Source: Camelus dromedarius (taxonomy: Eukaryota). From it: a DNA stretch of 64,000 bases. Below, piece after piece: positions 14,549-27,274 of the stretch; position 1 is the stretch's first letter; each line of letters opens with the position of its first letter. The DNA is taken from the NCBI RefSeq assembly GCF_036321535.1, contig NC_087437.1:96226001-96290000 (forward strand), read 5' to 3'. The position numbers and the translations under genes are program-made. The notes beneath the pieces are model-generated. The model did no database searches, was not told the DNA's origin, and saw only the letters and a program-made list of their open reading frames with translations.

Positions 14549-14964
14549 ATAAAAACACAACTCCTGAACCGCAGGTAGTAATTTTGATATCTCTAACTGG
14601 GCATCTTATCCATTAAAGATTACTTTTTGCTATTGTATAATTAATTTCAAAGAAGAAGAAACATTTTTCCTCCCTTTGAAATAGTGCAAAGCCCTAACTT
14701 AGTTGATCCACGTTTACTGTGTAATTGTTCCCACTTATTTTCTTCCTTTTTTGTTACTAAGTAGACCCTAAATAGCTCCAGAAAGGCGACATACTCAACA
14801 AGGTGAACAGCAAGTTCTCTTCTCTCTCACTAGATCAGGTCAGTCGAAACATTATAATGAGCAATGCGGACGCATTTATCTTTTGTCCTACAATTCCTTT
14901 GTCCTTAAAGATCTATTTAATGCCTCCTTCTAGAGCCAGTCTTGTTTACAGCTATTGAAATTAC

Positions 14965-15131
14965 CTTGTGTGCGCACAGGATCTGACATAGCACTTGGGT
15001 CGCTGAGACCTTGGGGGTTGATTGCTCTGACCATGAATAAATAAATTGTATTGGGCCGCAGTCCTCTCACTGTATAGAGGGTGGTCTTTACATGGTTTGC
15101 CACTGTTTGCCAGCTATTGCTCACCGATTGG
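14965..15131 (-). CDS. ROBO2: ROBO2 exon ~12 (167 nt), second half of FN3-1: QSVSNSWQTVANHVKTTLYTVRGLRPNTIYLFMVRAINPQGLSDPSAMSDPVRTQ
   Basis: Acceptor catgtttcag|CCAATCG, donor ACAAG|gtaatt. FN3 motif L-x-P-x-T-x-Y. Overlaps ORF 14930..15124. Confidence 0.97.
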
Positions 15132-16740
15132 CTGAAACATGAACAGAAATTTCATTTAAAGAGCAGTCATAAGGGTCTTGGAAATGGAGTTGGGTATCAA
15201 TGACAAAGGTTAATGGCTGAAAATTAAACACACACACACACAACGCTTGAAGTGTTCAGCCCAATAAATGAAACATTTGGATGGTTTCAGTTTATTCAAC
15301 AACAAAGCCGAGCCCACCTAACGGAAGTGCCATGCACAACAAAATTAAACTCAGCCCAGGAGATGTGATAGCCCTTTGCTAAAGCACAGCAGCCCACTAA
15401 ATGAATACCTGTAAAAGGAACAGAGGCCAAGATCACAACATCAAGTTTATACAATAAATATGGTCCTCGTAAATGTATATATATACCTTGAAAAGAATTA
15501 ACCTGTAGAAAGAATAAATGGACTACAGAGTAAGTTATGCCAATACATTTTCCTGTTACAAGCTGTGTTTTCTTTTGCATCAATTCCACATGCAATATTA
15601 TAATAGAGCCTTCTAAAACTACATATCTGTAAAAGAAGAAAGGAAGCATGTAATGAATATTTTCCCTCGGTCACAGTTTTAATAAAATTGTACATTACAC
15701 AGTATTGTGATTTCTCATCTCAGAACGGTGAAATATCTCTGACTCTGTATGTGTGGACCCCCTTAACAGCCATTTACAGATAGGTTGCCAGTTTGTAACA
15801 TTTTGTCTAAGGTCAAATGCTGCTTTTGTTTAGAATGAGGAGACAATGTGATTTTTTTTAGGGCTGCCTGCTTATTTTTCAGAAGTCCTTATGTATCAAA
15901 GCATGAAAATTATAGGAAAAAATACTACTTTGAAATTTGAAAACTATGCATTGGTCATTAACTTTATTAAATCAGGGAAGCCTAAAATAAAAGTGATGAT
16001 TTGTCCTAATGCTTAAAAAGAACAGTTATCACTATATTTATAATGGCAAACAGAAACATTGAAACTGACAATAAAGCTACATTTTCCTATTTGTATATCT
16101 ATTTCATCAAATTCTCATAAGACAATTTTATAATGGTATTTGCCAATTTATAGTCTATATCCTTAAATTGATGGCAATACTTTCAAATAACAATTGGACC
16201 TGTCTTTTCTGTTCAGCAGTCACAAGTACATGTAATCAATCCCTTACTTGCAGTTTTTAATTTTCTCTTAGGCATAGCCAATATATGTATTCAAATATAT
16301 AGCATAAAAATATTGGAATTATTTTAAATTCCGCTCTAATTATTAGCAAGCAAATTTCCAAGGTTCCATGCCTCAATAAATGTTGCATAACTTAAAAAGT
16401 GCCTGTGCCTAATTTAAATTGCTTTCTGCTTAGTGTAAAGCCAAAATTCTCATCTTAAATCCCAATGGTCAGGGTAAAGGAAAGAGCCAAGCGATTATGT
16501 CATAAATATATCCCTACAGACTTAGGCATGGGTAATACATATTTAACCTTATAATTAAGTCATGAATGACAAATACAGCTAAAGTCGAACCTTGAATAAA
16601 GTCAGATATAAAAGATATATTCTTAAAATGCACTGATTAAAAGTGTCTTTAAAATAAAACAGTACAATAGCTCACTTGAGATTTTAGGATAAAGGAGCTA
16701 AAGCAAAAACCCAATGGAGAAAAAAGGAACTGTCCCATAC

Positions 16741-16903
16741 CTGAAAGCCTCAATGATATATGCACTTGCTGGGAGGGTTCCAGGGGTACCTGGTTGCCAG
16801 GACAAGGTGACACTGTTCTTAGTAACATCTGTGACCTGTGGTTTGGATGGTGGTCCAGGCAGGTCATTTAAATCATAATTTTTACTGATTGTTGCTCCAG
16901 ACT
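16741..16903 (-). CDS. ROBO2: ROBO2 exon ~11 (163 nt), first half of FN3-1: ESGATISKNYDLNDLPGPPSKPQVTDVTKNSVTLSWQPGTPGTLPASAYIIEAF(S)
   Basis: Acceptor gtcctctatag|AGTCTG, donor TTCAG|gtatgg. Overlaps ORF 16698..16916. Confidence 0.97.
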
Positions 16904-17342
16904 CTATAGAGGACAAACAGAAAAAGCTTCATTTCTGATTGCAAAAGCTGACAATAATGCTTATGAGAGGGAAAACAGTCTATTAAAGAATTTGTACTAG
17001 ACAGTAAACAATTCATTTTCATGAGTCAAAAGTATCTAAGTGAATACTTGCTTTTCCTTACATACTAGTAAATATTTACTTTCACATATAATCACTGAAG
17101 TGTTTGTTCACTAGACAGAGAAATAAAATAACAAGGTTATCAAGGACAAATGTATTAAATTTCATATATGCAATGCTATAGACCAAAGTGGTATTGAAAT
17201 TAAAAAGTGGCATAAAGCCTAGTTTTTACATTCAATGAATTAAAATCTTGATCTCTCCTTAACTTGTTATTTGATAATGAGCTAATCACTCAAATTGGCT
17301 CAACATTTCTTCTATAGTAATAATAATTCATAAAGAATTCAC

Positions 17343-17424
17343 CTGTCACATCCAGCACAGCACTCCAGGAAGTCTCCCCACTTGAACTTGTGGCCACACA
17401 AGTGTAAGTGCCAGTGTCAGAAAT
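17343..17424 (-). CDS. ROBO2: ROBO2 exon ~10 (82 nt), end of Ig5: ISDTGTYTCVATSSSGETSWSAVLDVT
   Basis: Acceptor ctcctatgcacactag|ATTTCT, donor GTGACAG|gtgaat. DTGTYTC Ig motif. Confidence 0.96.
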
Positions 17425-20400
17425 CTAGTGTGCATAGGAGGGAGAGAATTAAATTGTTTTAATTAATTTGTAGAATAATTAATCAATCTTAACAAGGCAA
17501 TATTTGATTTCTAAAATGTGATGTATCAGCCTTCCAAAGTATACATTAAAGTCAATTACATGTACACATAAAATATTAAAATAAACTCACATAATGCATA
17601 ATAGTGATTCAGAGATTTTTATTATATTTTTATAACTAAATGCTATTTGTTTGGTAAAATTTAGGTTTTTTTTTCTTTCTTGCCTCCACAGCAATACTCT
17701 TTCTTATCTTTTAACTCCAGTTTATGTTGGGGCTTCACTGAGTGAGAGTTAGATGTGGTCAACCCAGGACAGAATTTTTTAGAATCCTGTAAACATTCAG
17801 AGATCAGTAATGCAGTTGTCCTGTCTGTCGTCAATAAACTATATTTCAAACAATAAAATGCACCCAGGAGTAAACAAGCACTGAGGTAACAGGGGGGCAA
17901 CCATTCCTTTATTTTTAGAGACATGGAAAAAAGTGAAGAAAAAAGTTTTTTTAAAGGAAAACTAAATCTTTCCTTTTAATGGGTATATTCAGTTATATTA
18001 AAACTGTAGCAGTGTAACAGTGAATGGTATGAAATTGCATCATTAAAGACAAAAAAAAAAAACAATACCTATGGAATCATTGTAATTTAGAGCTGAAAGA
18101 GGTCATTGATCTAATCTAATATATAACTCTTATGAAAGCATACTTAAATTTGTCATTTGTTGATTACTTAAAATGTTTTCATTACTCACTGGAGAGCTGC
18201 AAAATACTTCGAGAAATAGTTGATAATCTAATCAAGGCTCCCCTTTTTTAGATGTCAAAGGCACAAAACTGACTCTGTGATTATACCTTGACAACAACCG
18301 CAAGATCAGTAAGATGTAAATCAAAAATCCTCCCTGTGGTTGAGCCCCACTGGCTTACACTGCAAACAACATTCATTCACGTTAGATGAGGGGTGAAGGA
18401 AAAGTGAGACTGGGAAGAGAAACTGATGACCAAACAGAATAAAACAAAGCAGAAGATGTAGAATTAAAATTCTGTGATGAACATGAATCTAATTGTTGAT
18501 GAAATATGGGAGTTCATGGAATATAGTATCTGCCGGGTTCAAAATGTAAGTGTATTGATGACTCAACCTTCCACAATTGATTCTCGGGTAAATCATTAGT
18601 GCCTGGATGTTACTGCCGTTCCACCACTTTAATTGATTTTAAATGTCATTATGTATTTTACCTTAAGTTTCAAATTGCTCTGGCACGTCATTCTTTGCCA
18701 TATTATCTCTGTACATTATTGTCTTCTATTATACAGAGGGATGATGGGGGATAGCCATTGTAGAAAGAGCCATTTTTTAAATGTGGCTGTGCACGCATTA
18801 TAGTCATTAGAAATCTCTGCATTTAAGAAGCATCACTCACAAACTAAATATAATGAGCCGAGGTTGGATTTTAATGGGATGTTCATTTGAATATGGTCTG
18901 TGAAAGAGTAAAGAATTTGCATTTTATTATGGCTGTTGAACTAAAATGTAGCACTTGTTATTATGTGCAGATGCTAAAAGAAGAATATGTAGGTAATGCT
19001 TCTTAACTGCATCTCTTTGTCATTGTGTGGAGATACAAGGCTGATATTGGCTGTGGTAGGTATGTTTTAATGAGTATTGGAATATTCTACTTCTCAAAAG
19101 AAACAGATTCAGTTACCAATTACCTGGACTATGAGAACACAGCGTTCATCACACTGTCTTTCCCTCTTTGCATTAAGTACTGGGAAAGAAAGTGAGACAC
19201 AAAGGAGTAAGACCTAGAGAAACCCTATCTTGACTGTACCAACGAAGTACTGTAAAACATTTTATTTCCCATTAAAGTCAGTCATCTGACAGAAAAATAA
19301 CAATGTTTCCATTTTGGAGTTTATGAAAAGCAGTATCAAATGCCTAAATATCATTGCTAAAGCTCACACTCTCATCATCGTCATCACCATATTCATTTTT
19401 ATACCTTTAACTTTAAATTACATCTCTTCTGGTCATGAGCACTCCATATCTTTTCCATCCTTCTCCTTTTATCCTTAACCAAGGGTTTTGAAAAAGAGAC
19501 TAACGTGCTGGCACACTCCATCACCTATTTTCTCCTTGTGTACTTGGCTGCAGACAAGCCCCCAGGAGCTTGCATCTCAGAAAGACAACTCAGAATCCTG
19601 ACAGAGGGCTCAAAGTTTGTTTGACATCATCAAGCGCCCACCTTTAATTGCTTCTTTCAAACACTACTGGGGATCTTAACTATTCAAGCACACTCTTTAA
19701 TTCAGCAGTACAGTGGAAATGCATTAACCTCCATGGCCCAAGTCTGCCTTTAGCTCACAGAGAGAAGTTAAATTGTTTACTCAAGAAGAGGTGGCGTTAA
19801 TTTTTTAATAACTCCCATTTTGTTCAAAGAAGATTAGCAATTAATTTACAATCAATAAAAAGACAGCATAAAAATTCGTATTACTTTACTTTGTTTAGAG
19901 CAATAATTAATGCCTGTGTCAAAATTAAAATGAAAAAATGATATACTTTCACTATATTAACAGAGTAAAGATTTGAATGTGTGTATGTGTGTGTGTGTGC
20001 ACGCGCACAGCAAAAGCAGTCAGTCTTCCTTTTTGTTATGTATCTGTAGTCTACACACCAGATGAACATGTAATTATTAAATAATTTACATTGTAAGAAA
20101 AGAACACTCCCCATTGTGATCATTTGAAAATATAGGTAGTAAAAATATTTTATCTTCCTCTTCTGGCTTCTGGGAAAATTCAGCACCTTTTTATTTGTTT
20201 GTTTTTAACATCTTGGTTCCCAATGTGTTCCTAGATTCCAGATTCTACTAATTGTTCTTCCACTGAATTATTTTCAATCAATTGTTCTCCATGCACTATT
20301 ATATCAAGCATCCTAATTCTGGCTTTCATTCCCAATCTTGTGACTAATCTGACATACTCTTGGGCTTTAGCATGTACTTGCTACATTGAGAGGAGGTTTT

Positions 20401-20430
20401 CTATATTTGGTTGAATGAATTGAATATACT

Positions 20431-20967
20431 TGTGGAGAGCAAGTGGCCTCCATGAGAACATCCTTCTGGTACTCACACCTTATGTAATCCCTCACCTTGA
20501 GTATATGGGGGACTTGCTGACTTACTTCTGGCCAATAGAATATGGCAAGGGGGACAAGATGTCACATTTGTGATTATGTTATATAGGAGTCTAATGCCTA
20601 TCTTGCCAGGAAACTCTCTTCCTTGTTGACTCTGAGGAAGCAAGCAATCACACTGGGAATATTCATATGGCAAGGAACTGAAGGCAGCCTTCAGCCATCA
20701 GCAAGCAAGCTGAGATCACCAGTCTGACAGCCGTAAGGAACCGAATTCTGCTAACAGTCATGTCCTTTGGAAGCAAATCTGTCCCCAGCCAATCTTCAGA
20801 TGAGACTACAACTCTGATTGTAGCTTTGTGAGACCCTGAAACAAAAGGCCCTGCTAAGCCATGCCCAGGTTCCTAACCCCAACAGAAAATATGAGATAAA
20901 AATGTGTGTTGCTTTGAACCTCTAAGCGTTTTCTAAAACTGCTACGCAGCAGTAGACAGGTAGTACA
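20431..20967 (+). mobile_element. Solo MaLR LTR (MLT1 family)
   Basis: Starts tgtgg and ends taca. MLT1 motifs ggcaaggaactgaaggcagcc, ttgtgagaccctgaa, gagataaaatgtgtgttgctttgaacctctaag. Flanks atact/atatt form a near-perfect 5-bp target-site duplication (TSD). Confidence 0.88.
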
Positions 20968-21616
20968 ATATTCAGAAATAAACATTTAGTTTGAGTTGCT
21001 CCTGAAGCAAGTCTAACTTCTTAAGTTGGCAGGAATGGTCATTTTCTGTAATGTCATCTCCTGTTGTAAGACTAACAATGTCTTGTTCTTGTTCACAGGT
21101 TTCAATCTAAACTTCACAGCAACTTAACCTGAAATATAAGATTCTCTACCAGCTAGTCAAACCTGCTTGCTATGTATTTATCAGCCTCATCTCTAGGTTA
21201 TTTTCCATATAACTATTTAGCTGAGTCAATTTATCCACATTTCTTTGTGAACTTCCTTTGCTCATGAGAGTAAATCAGGAGCATTCATCACTTCCAAATT
21301 ATTTTAAATATACTATCACTATTACTAACTTCATGCATTTAACCTTTTTAGTTTCATCAATTGCATACATATGGATTAGAGTGAAGGGGCAAAAAAGTTT
21401 CTAAATCTGCTATAAACTTATGATTAACATAAGGACAATGAACTTCCTTCTAATCTCAATTTGTCATTAGTAAAATAAGAAACAACATAGCTTATAATAA
21501 AAGGTACAGCAAATATGCAGGAATGTAAGATTTTAACATCACAACCCAGTTTTTCCCTCAGGCAGCACATACCTACATTGAGATGAAGATCCAAATACAA
21601 GTCCAACATAACTTAC

Positions 21617-21822
21617 CCGTAAATTCTTAATCTGCAAGGTTCCTTGTTCTTGTATAGTTGCTCTTGGATCTCTACCCAGAAAAGTAAATCCCTCCTTTAA
21701 CCAGCTAATTACAGGAAGTGGGTCCCCAGTAGCTTTACACTTCAGTAATGCTGTACCATCTACTGCTAGCGTTTGGTTAGCTGGGCCTTGTAGAATTATA
21801 GGTGGAGGTCTATCTGTCAAAA
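21617..21822 (-). CDS. ROBO2: ROBO2 exon ~9 (206 nt), first part of Ig5: VLTDRPPPIILQGPANQTLAVDGTALLKCKATGDPLPVISWLKEGFTFLGRDPRATIQEQGTLQIKNLR
   Basis: Acceptor ttgtcctttag|TTTTGACA, donor TTACGG|gtaagt. Overlaps ORF 21539..21820. Confidence 0.97.
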
Positions 21823-24800
21823 CTAAAGGACAAGGATTATTTTCAGGATATTTTAACTTTTATGAAATTCAGTAGTCTTTATATCATCGGTAGTCTTATA
21901 TCAAAAATAAGATTAAAGCCCCAAAGTCATACATATTATGCATAATTTTTTCTCTATATTCTATATCCATTGTATATCTATCATCTATCTATACTACACA
22001 TACATCTGCACATATTGTAGTGAGGCCATACTATTACTTATAACTTACTTTGAGTTGCCTATAGTTAAGATGATGATGAGATAAATTCTGACATCTTGGA
22101 AAGACTTAGTATTACTGAAAGGCTTAATCGTATTAAAATTAAAACGTGGAGAGCTTGTGGAAATCATTCATGAAATGGTCATTTTACCTCTCCTATGCAT
22201 ATTTAATAAAGCCTGTGGAATATCACATGAGTAGAATCAATTTTCACTTTTGCTTCTATTATAAATATGTGTGTAATATATAATTTTACCTTCACAGCAA
22301 CAATTGCATGCTGCATTTATATAGACCATAATATCTTTGCTGATGTTAAAATCTTAGACTATATATATAAATATAAATATATATAAATATAAAATATATA
22401 GACTATATATAAATTGTGACATTGAACTCTAGATTATAGTAATATAATTTGGATGATATGATTTAATTCATCTATACAATTAAGCAAAAAATACAATCTA
22501 GTTAAGACTATATTTATGACATGACAAAAATGGGGTTTTCATGAAAAATCTGTGCTTATATATATACATATATCAATTCCTTTGTTCAACTGAGTAAATT
22601 TTCCATAATTTCATAAACTTAGTTCACTGTGTTGTTTTAATCAAATATTGATTTGTAGCAGTGTAATCAGTGCCTTTAGAAGTATTATATAATGATTTAG
22701 GAAGTGTATCAGAATGTATAGTATTATTTAAATGGGTAATGAAAGTATGGAATCAATTGGAGGCAAGTTTTCACCTACAGTTCATTAGAAGACCACCTGA
22801 TAATGAAACTGACATGTCCAGGTCCAAAGAAGTATTTCTTAAGAGAAATTTTATAAACTTTGCATAGATTTTGGTTAATTATCCAAATATGCTCTTTATT
22901 ATATATATAAAATATTAAAATATATATGTGTATAGCTTCCACAAGAAGAAAAAATGGTGGAGTTATTGCTGAGCAACTGTGAAGAGGTGTCTTTTCTCAA
23001 GAAAGTCAACTTGCACTGCAGTGTACATAATAAAAATAATTTTTGCTTTTTAATGCTATAATTTCCTTAGTCTACCATAAATACTAGTTTATATGACTGT
23101 CTATTTCTCAATCTGTGTACATTTTTATTACTAGAATTCACAGTTTTGGGGAAAAAATTAAACTAAACAGCCCTTTTAGAGCCTACCATGAGAAAGCCAA
23201 CCAAATTTGATTTTAAAAAGGATTATGATATATGTCTTCTGTGTGTCAAGATAGACTGGACTTCGAATCAATCTAAACATACTACATCAAAATATGTATT
23301 AAAATGTGGGTGTACATATGTAGAAAACCTTATAAAAACCTAAGGAAAAATATTCTTTGTGTATCCTTTACAAAAACTTAGAGTCATTTAATTCACCAAT
23401 TTTCTTTATCAAGTTCTTCATTTTAGAAGTAAGTCAAATAACCTTCAGAGAATGTGAAAATGCAATATTGTACCAATTCTGACACATCTAGCAATAGGTA
23501 TGCAAATAGGTATTCAACTTGAAAGTTTCATTAAATTAATTTTCTTCATGAGTCAAAAACAGAAGTCCAATTTCCAAAATATTATGGATAATTTTAAATT
23601 CAGTGAGAAAAATGGGCCTGCATTACCAGAGTAGAAACTATTTAATAAATTTTAAATAATGTTACTTCTCTGTTTTAAATTAAATATCTATATGGAATTC
23701 AAGTGACTTCTTGTAACCTGCTTTTATTGTCATATCCCTGAAATCATTACATATAGACAATGGACATCTGGTTAGTTTTCTTTTTTTTTTTTCTTTTTTA
23801 CTGTCCAAATGAGTAGCTCATCATCTTTTAAATGAATTTGATCAATAAAGTAATTGAAAATCTCCTGGCCTGAAAGAATTTTCAGTTTCAAGGATGTTAT
23901 GGGTGAAAGATGACCACAAGTTTCCATGACACTAAGGTCAAAGGTTAAATGAACATTTAGGGTTTCCAGTGATCTGTGAACAATTCCATGGTTTTCTCTA
24001 ACTATGCATTATAAATCCTCAATAAACCATTCATATAAGATCATGATGTGACATTTATTGTCAATATAAGATATAAATCCATTTCTTCTCTCCAGTCCTT
24101 TTAGATTCTATTGGATCTAATCAGAATTTTCATACAATTTTCTAACTTTCTGAGAGAAAAAGAAGAGTAGAAGAAAAGAAATGAAGAAAAGTGTTAGTGA
24201 ATTAATACGAAGGCCTTTGAAGGGGATATTTTGAAATTCAAGTGTTCAAGCATCTTAGCTCTATCTTTAACCAGTAAAATTATCACTTAACAGCATCTTT
24301 CACCACCATTAACAATCTCATCTTATATGAGCCCTTGAGTTAAAAATATTCCCAAGAAAGGAGTCTAAGTGCAAAAATGTAACAACAGAAACATTGCTAA
24401 AGATGTTTTTTCTGAACATGACATAAGTTTTCATTCTGCACTGGAATTTTATTTGGCTCTAAATTGCCCTGGATCATATCGAAAAATGTTCAAAATGAAA
24501 ATGATGTCTTACATATTATTAAACTGTTAACCAACCTGAAAAATTCAAAACTATGAATAGAAGCTGAAGTCATTGGCCAATGTGGCAAGTTAACATTTAG
24601 AGTTATTTATAATAATGTGTATGTGTGTTTGTGTGTCTGTGTGTGTAGGTCTTGAAGTCAGATTTCTTTATTGTCAAAATCAATAACTCTATAACCTCTA
24701 TTCAGCGTTCTTGCAAAAGGATCTTGACTTTGTGATTGCTTTCTTAAGTAAAAATCAATGTAGAAATTAATATTCAAGCCAGTTGTAACAAAGTGTTCCG

Positions 24801-25714
24801 AGCCATCTCAGCCAACTGATTTAAATTTCTTTATCACTCTTTTAAATTTGACTCCAGAAACAAAGCTAGAATTACTAGTGGTTTGTGAGATTACATCATC
24901 AACAAACTTAAGTTCTCCAAACAAGTTTTCCTTTTTATTGTATCAGTCATAGTTTCGAATATCCACCTGTTTCATGAACCATATCAGTCACACCCACTGG
25001 CTCTTCTAATCCATCAATGTTGCTTTCTACAAATATGGTTTGCCTTTTTCATAACAACTTCATTTAGAAACATTTTAAAAAGTCTGTCTCTTGTAAAATA
25101 CTCTAAGCAGCCAGATTATAGCACAGTGCTTAAGCAAAATATTTGGAATGTTTCATAGTAGCACAGAATAAAACAGGCATTGGCCAGAATATCTTATTTT
25201 CCAAGTATATGTACCTAGACACTTTTTTTTCTAGTAGAAGAAAACACAGGAACTGAAAAAAAGATTAATAATTATATTTTATTTCTTTTAAGAAACATGG
25301 AGGTACAAAGGATCAAAGATCTTGCCCATCTAAAGAAGAATTTCTCAGCACTATTCCCCTTGAACCTGCCTTCTTTCAGTCCCATAGCAGTAAAGCTCTG
25401 CAGCATCAGCAGGTGTGGCCATTAACGACTCAATGTCCCCGTAGCTAATGTTTGTCTGTTCTATTTATTCCCATTCCTGACATGGCGCTGAATCAGGCAA
25501 TACTATGGACAGACATTAAAAAATATGGCCTTTCTATTAATTTTAAATGACCTTTTAATCTACATGTAAATTTGAATTGTATGAAAGCTCAGCAGAGAAA
25601 GAACAGAATCAGAGAGGTCACAGCCCAAAGCTCTTTTATCTCAGAAGCCAGCGTCCAGAGGAAAAACACTTTACCCCACAAATCTCACAAATATAAAAGA
25701 GCAGGAGAATTTTT

Positions 25715-25880
25715 GTTGATTTTTTTTTTGTTTGTTTTTTTGCCTCTTTTGGTGAGGGCAGGGAGGAGGTAATTAGGTTTGTTTATTTAGTCAGTTATTT
25801 TAATGGAGGTACTGGGGATTGAACCCAGGACCTTATGCATGCTAAGCATGAACTCTAACCACTGGGCTATATCCTCCTCC
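25715..25880 (-). mobile_element. tRNA-derived SINE, camelid Vic-1-like
   Basis: Minus strand reads ggaggaggatatagcccagtggttagag...gggttcaatccccagtacctcc (A and B boxes) with an A-rich tail. TSD agaattttt at 25706-25714 and 25882-25890. Confidence 0.85.
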
Positions 25881-26567
25881 AAGAATTTTTAACTTAAGAT
25901 GTCAAAGGATATGGCTTAAGTTCACGCTCAGAGGTTAACTGAATATCTGAAACTTCTTACTTATCAATTATGATAAATAAGCTCTTGGGAAAAAAGTCAG
26001 ATTATGAAGAGCCCTACATCTTCTTCAACTTTCACTATGAATCAGGTGCTTCAGTAGAGATTTGTAGTACATACGTACAAATAAAAGAATAATTTTAGCA
26101 TCTTTATAATTTGGAAGGTATTTAATTAATTTAACTTAGTGAATGTGTAATTATAAAGCCATAGGATATCGTAATGTCATTAGCTAACTAAAAACTCATC
26201 TCTGTTTCCACTGATAATATTAAAGATGACATTTTTGTCCTCTAGTAAAATAAAATTATTGCCATTCATTAGAAGCAATCATGTCACCATAAGATTAAAT
26301 CAAAATATATAGATGACATTTCTATATAACTCATTACTATACTTTTAAGAATAAAATAGGTTGTATTATATGTTCTCTGAGAAAGTAAATGGTATTAAAT
26401 TAGGGAGAATTAGAAACCATTAAAAACATTATTTTACCTAGATTCAAACTTAGAAGATAAGCATTAATTTAAATGATGTAACTAACAAATCAGAAATTTC
26501 ATGTGGTTTATATGAATCTTGAAATAAAAATCAATATTTTCCTAAAACAAATCTAAAAATATCTCAC

Positions 26568-26739
26568 CGTCGGTAACTTCCAGTTGAGCTTTTGCTAAAA
26601 TGCTTCCTGCCACGGTTAGGGCCTGGCAGATATAGTAACCCGCGTCGGATCGCTGAATGTTGGTAATTGTAAGGTCCCCCGTTGGTGACACAGAACATCT
26701 ACTGTTGGGCTGTTGGGGTTGGTTTGGGAAGAGCAGGTT
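26568..26739 (-). CDS. ROBO2: ROBO2 exon ~8 (172 nt), second half of Ig4: [57 protein letters not shown]
   Basis: Acceptor tgtttccatag|AACCTG, donor ACCGACG|gtgaga. DAGYYIC Ig motif. Absent from the ORF track. Confidence 0.97.
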
Positions 26740-27040
26740 CTATGGAAACAAATAATTTTATCAATATTCTTTTCCCACCCAGAAGGAAAATTATATTAAC
26801 AACAGCTATCACAGTTGTAGAAACGTGGTTGAAAGAAGAAAATACATAGATTTAAAAATATAGTATTGAAATGTTTAAATGCCACACAATGAGTTTCACT
26901 GGGAAAGTTTTTCTAAATCATGGGCAAATACCGTACACTGAGAAGTGAGTGTGCTCTTGTTGAAGGAACAATCATCCAAAAACACCTAGGTCTTTATCTT
27001 AATCTTTCACTCTCTCCCTGACTTTCAGCGAGTTACTGAA

Positions 27041-27274
27041 TTTTTTTTTTTCAGAGGTGGGTGGGTAATTAGGCTTATTTATATATTTATTTTAATATAT
27101 TTTTACTGAAGTATAGTCAGTTTACAATGTTGTGTCAATTTCTGGTGTACAGCACAATACTTCAGTCGTATAGGAACCATATATATTTATTTTTAATGGA
27201 GGTACTGGGGATTGAACCCAGAACCTTGTGTGTGCTAAGCACGTACTCTACTACTGAGCTATATCCACCCCTCC
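27041..27274 (-). mobile_element. Second Vic-1-like tRNA-derived SINE with an internal ~84-nt insertion
   Basis: Shares ggtaattagg.tt.tttat and taatggaggtactggggattgaaccca...ctgagctatatcc with the copy at 25715-25880. Confidence 0.85.
27097..27180 (-). mobile_element. Short LINE-1 3'-terminal fragment inserted within the SINE
   Basis: tttttactgaagtatagtcagtttacaatgttgtgtcaatttctggtgtacagca is a typical antisense L1 3' end. It is flanked by the direct repeat atatatttatttt(t)aat. Confidence 0.75.

Noticed and set aside
25800..25880. tRNA gene
   Set aside because: The A/B boxes belong to a SINE head with tail and TSD, and a second diverged copy is present at ~27195-27274.
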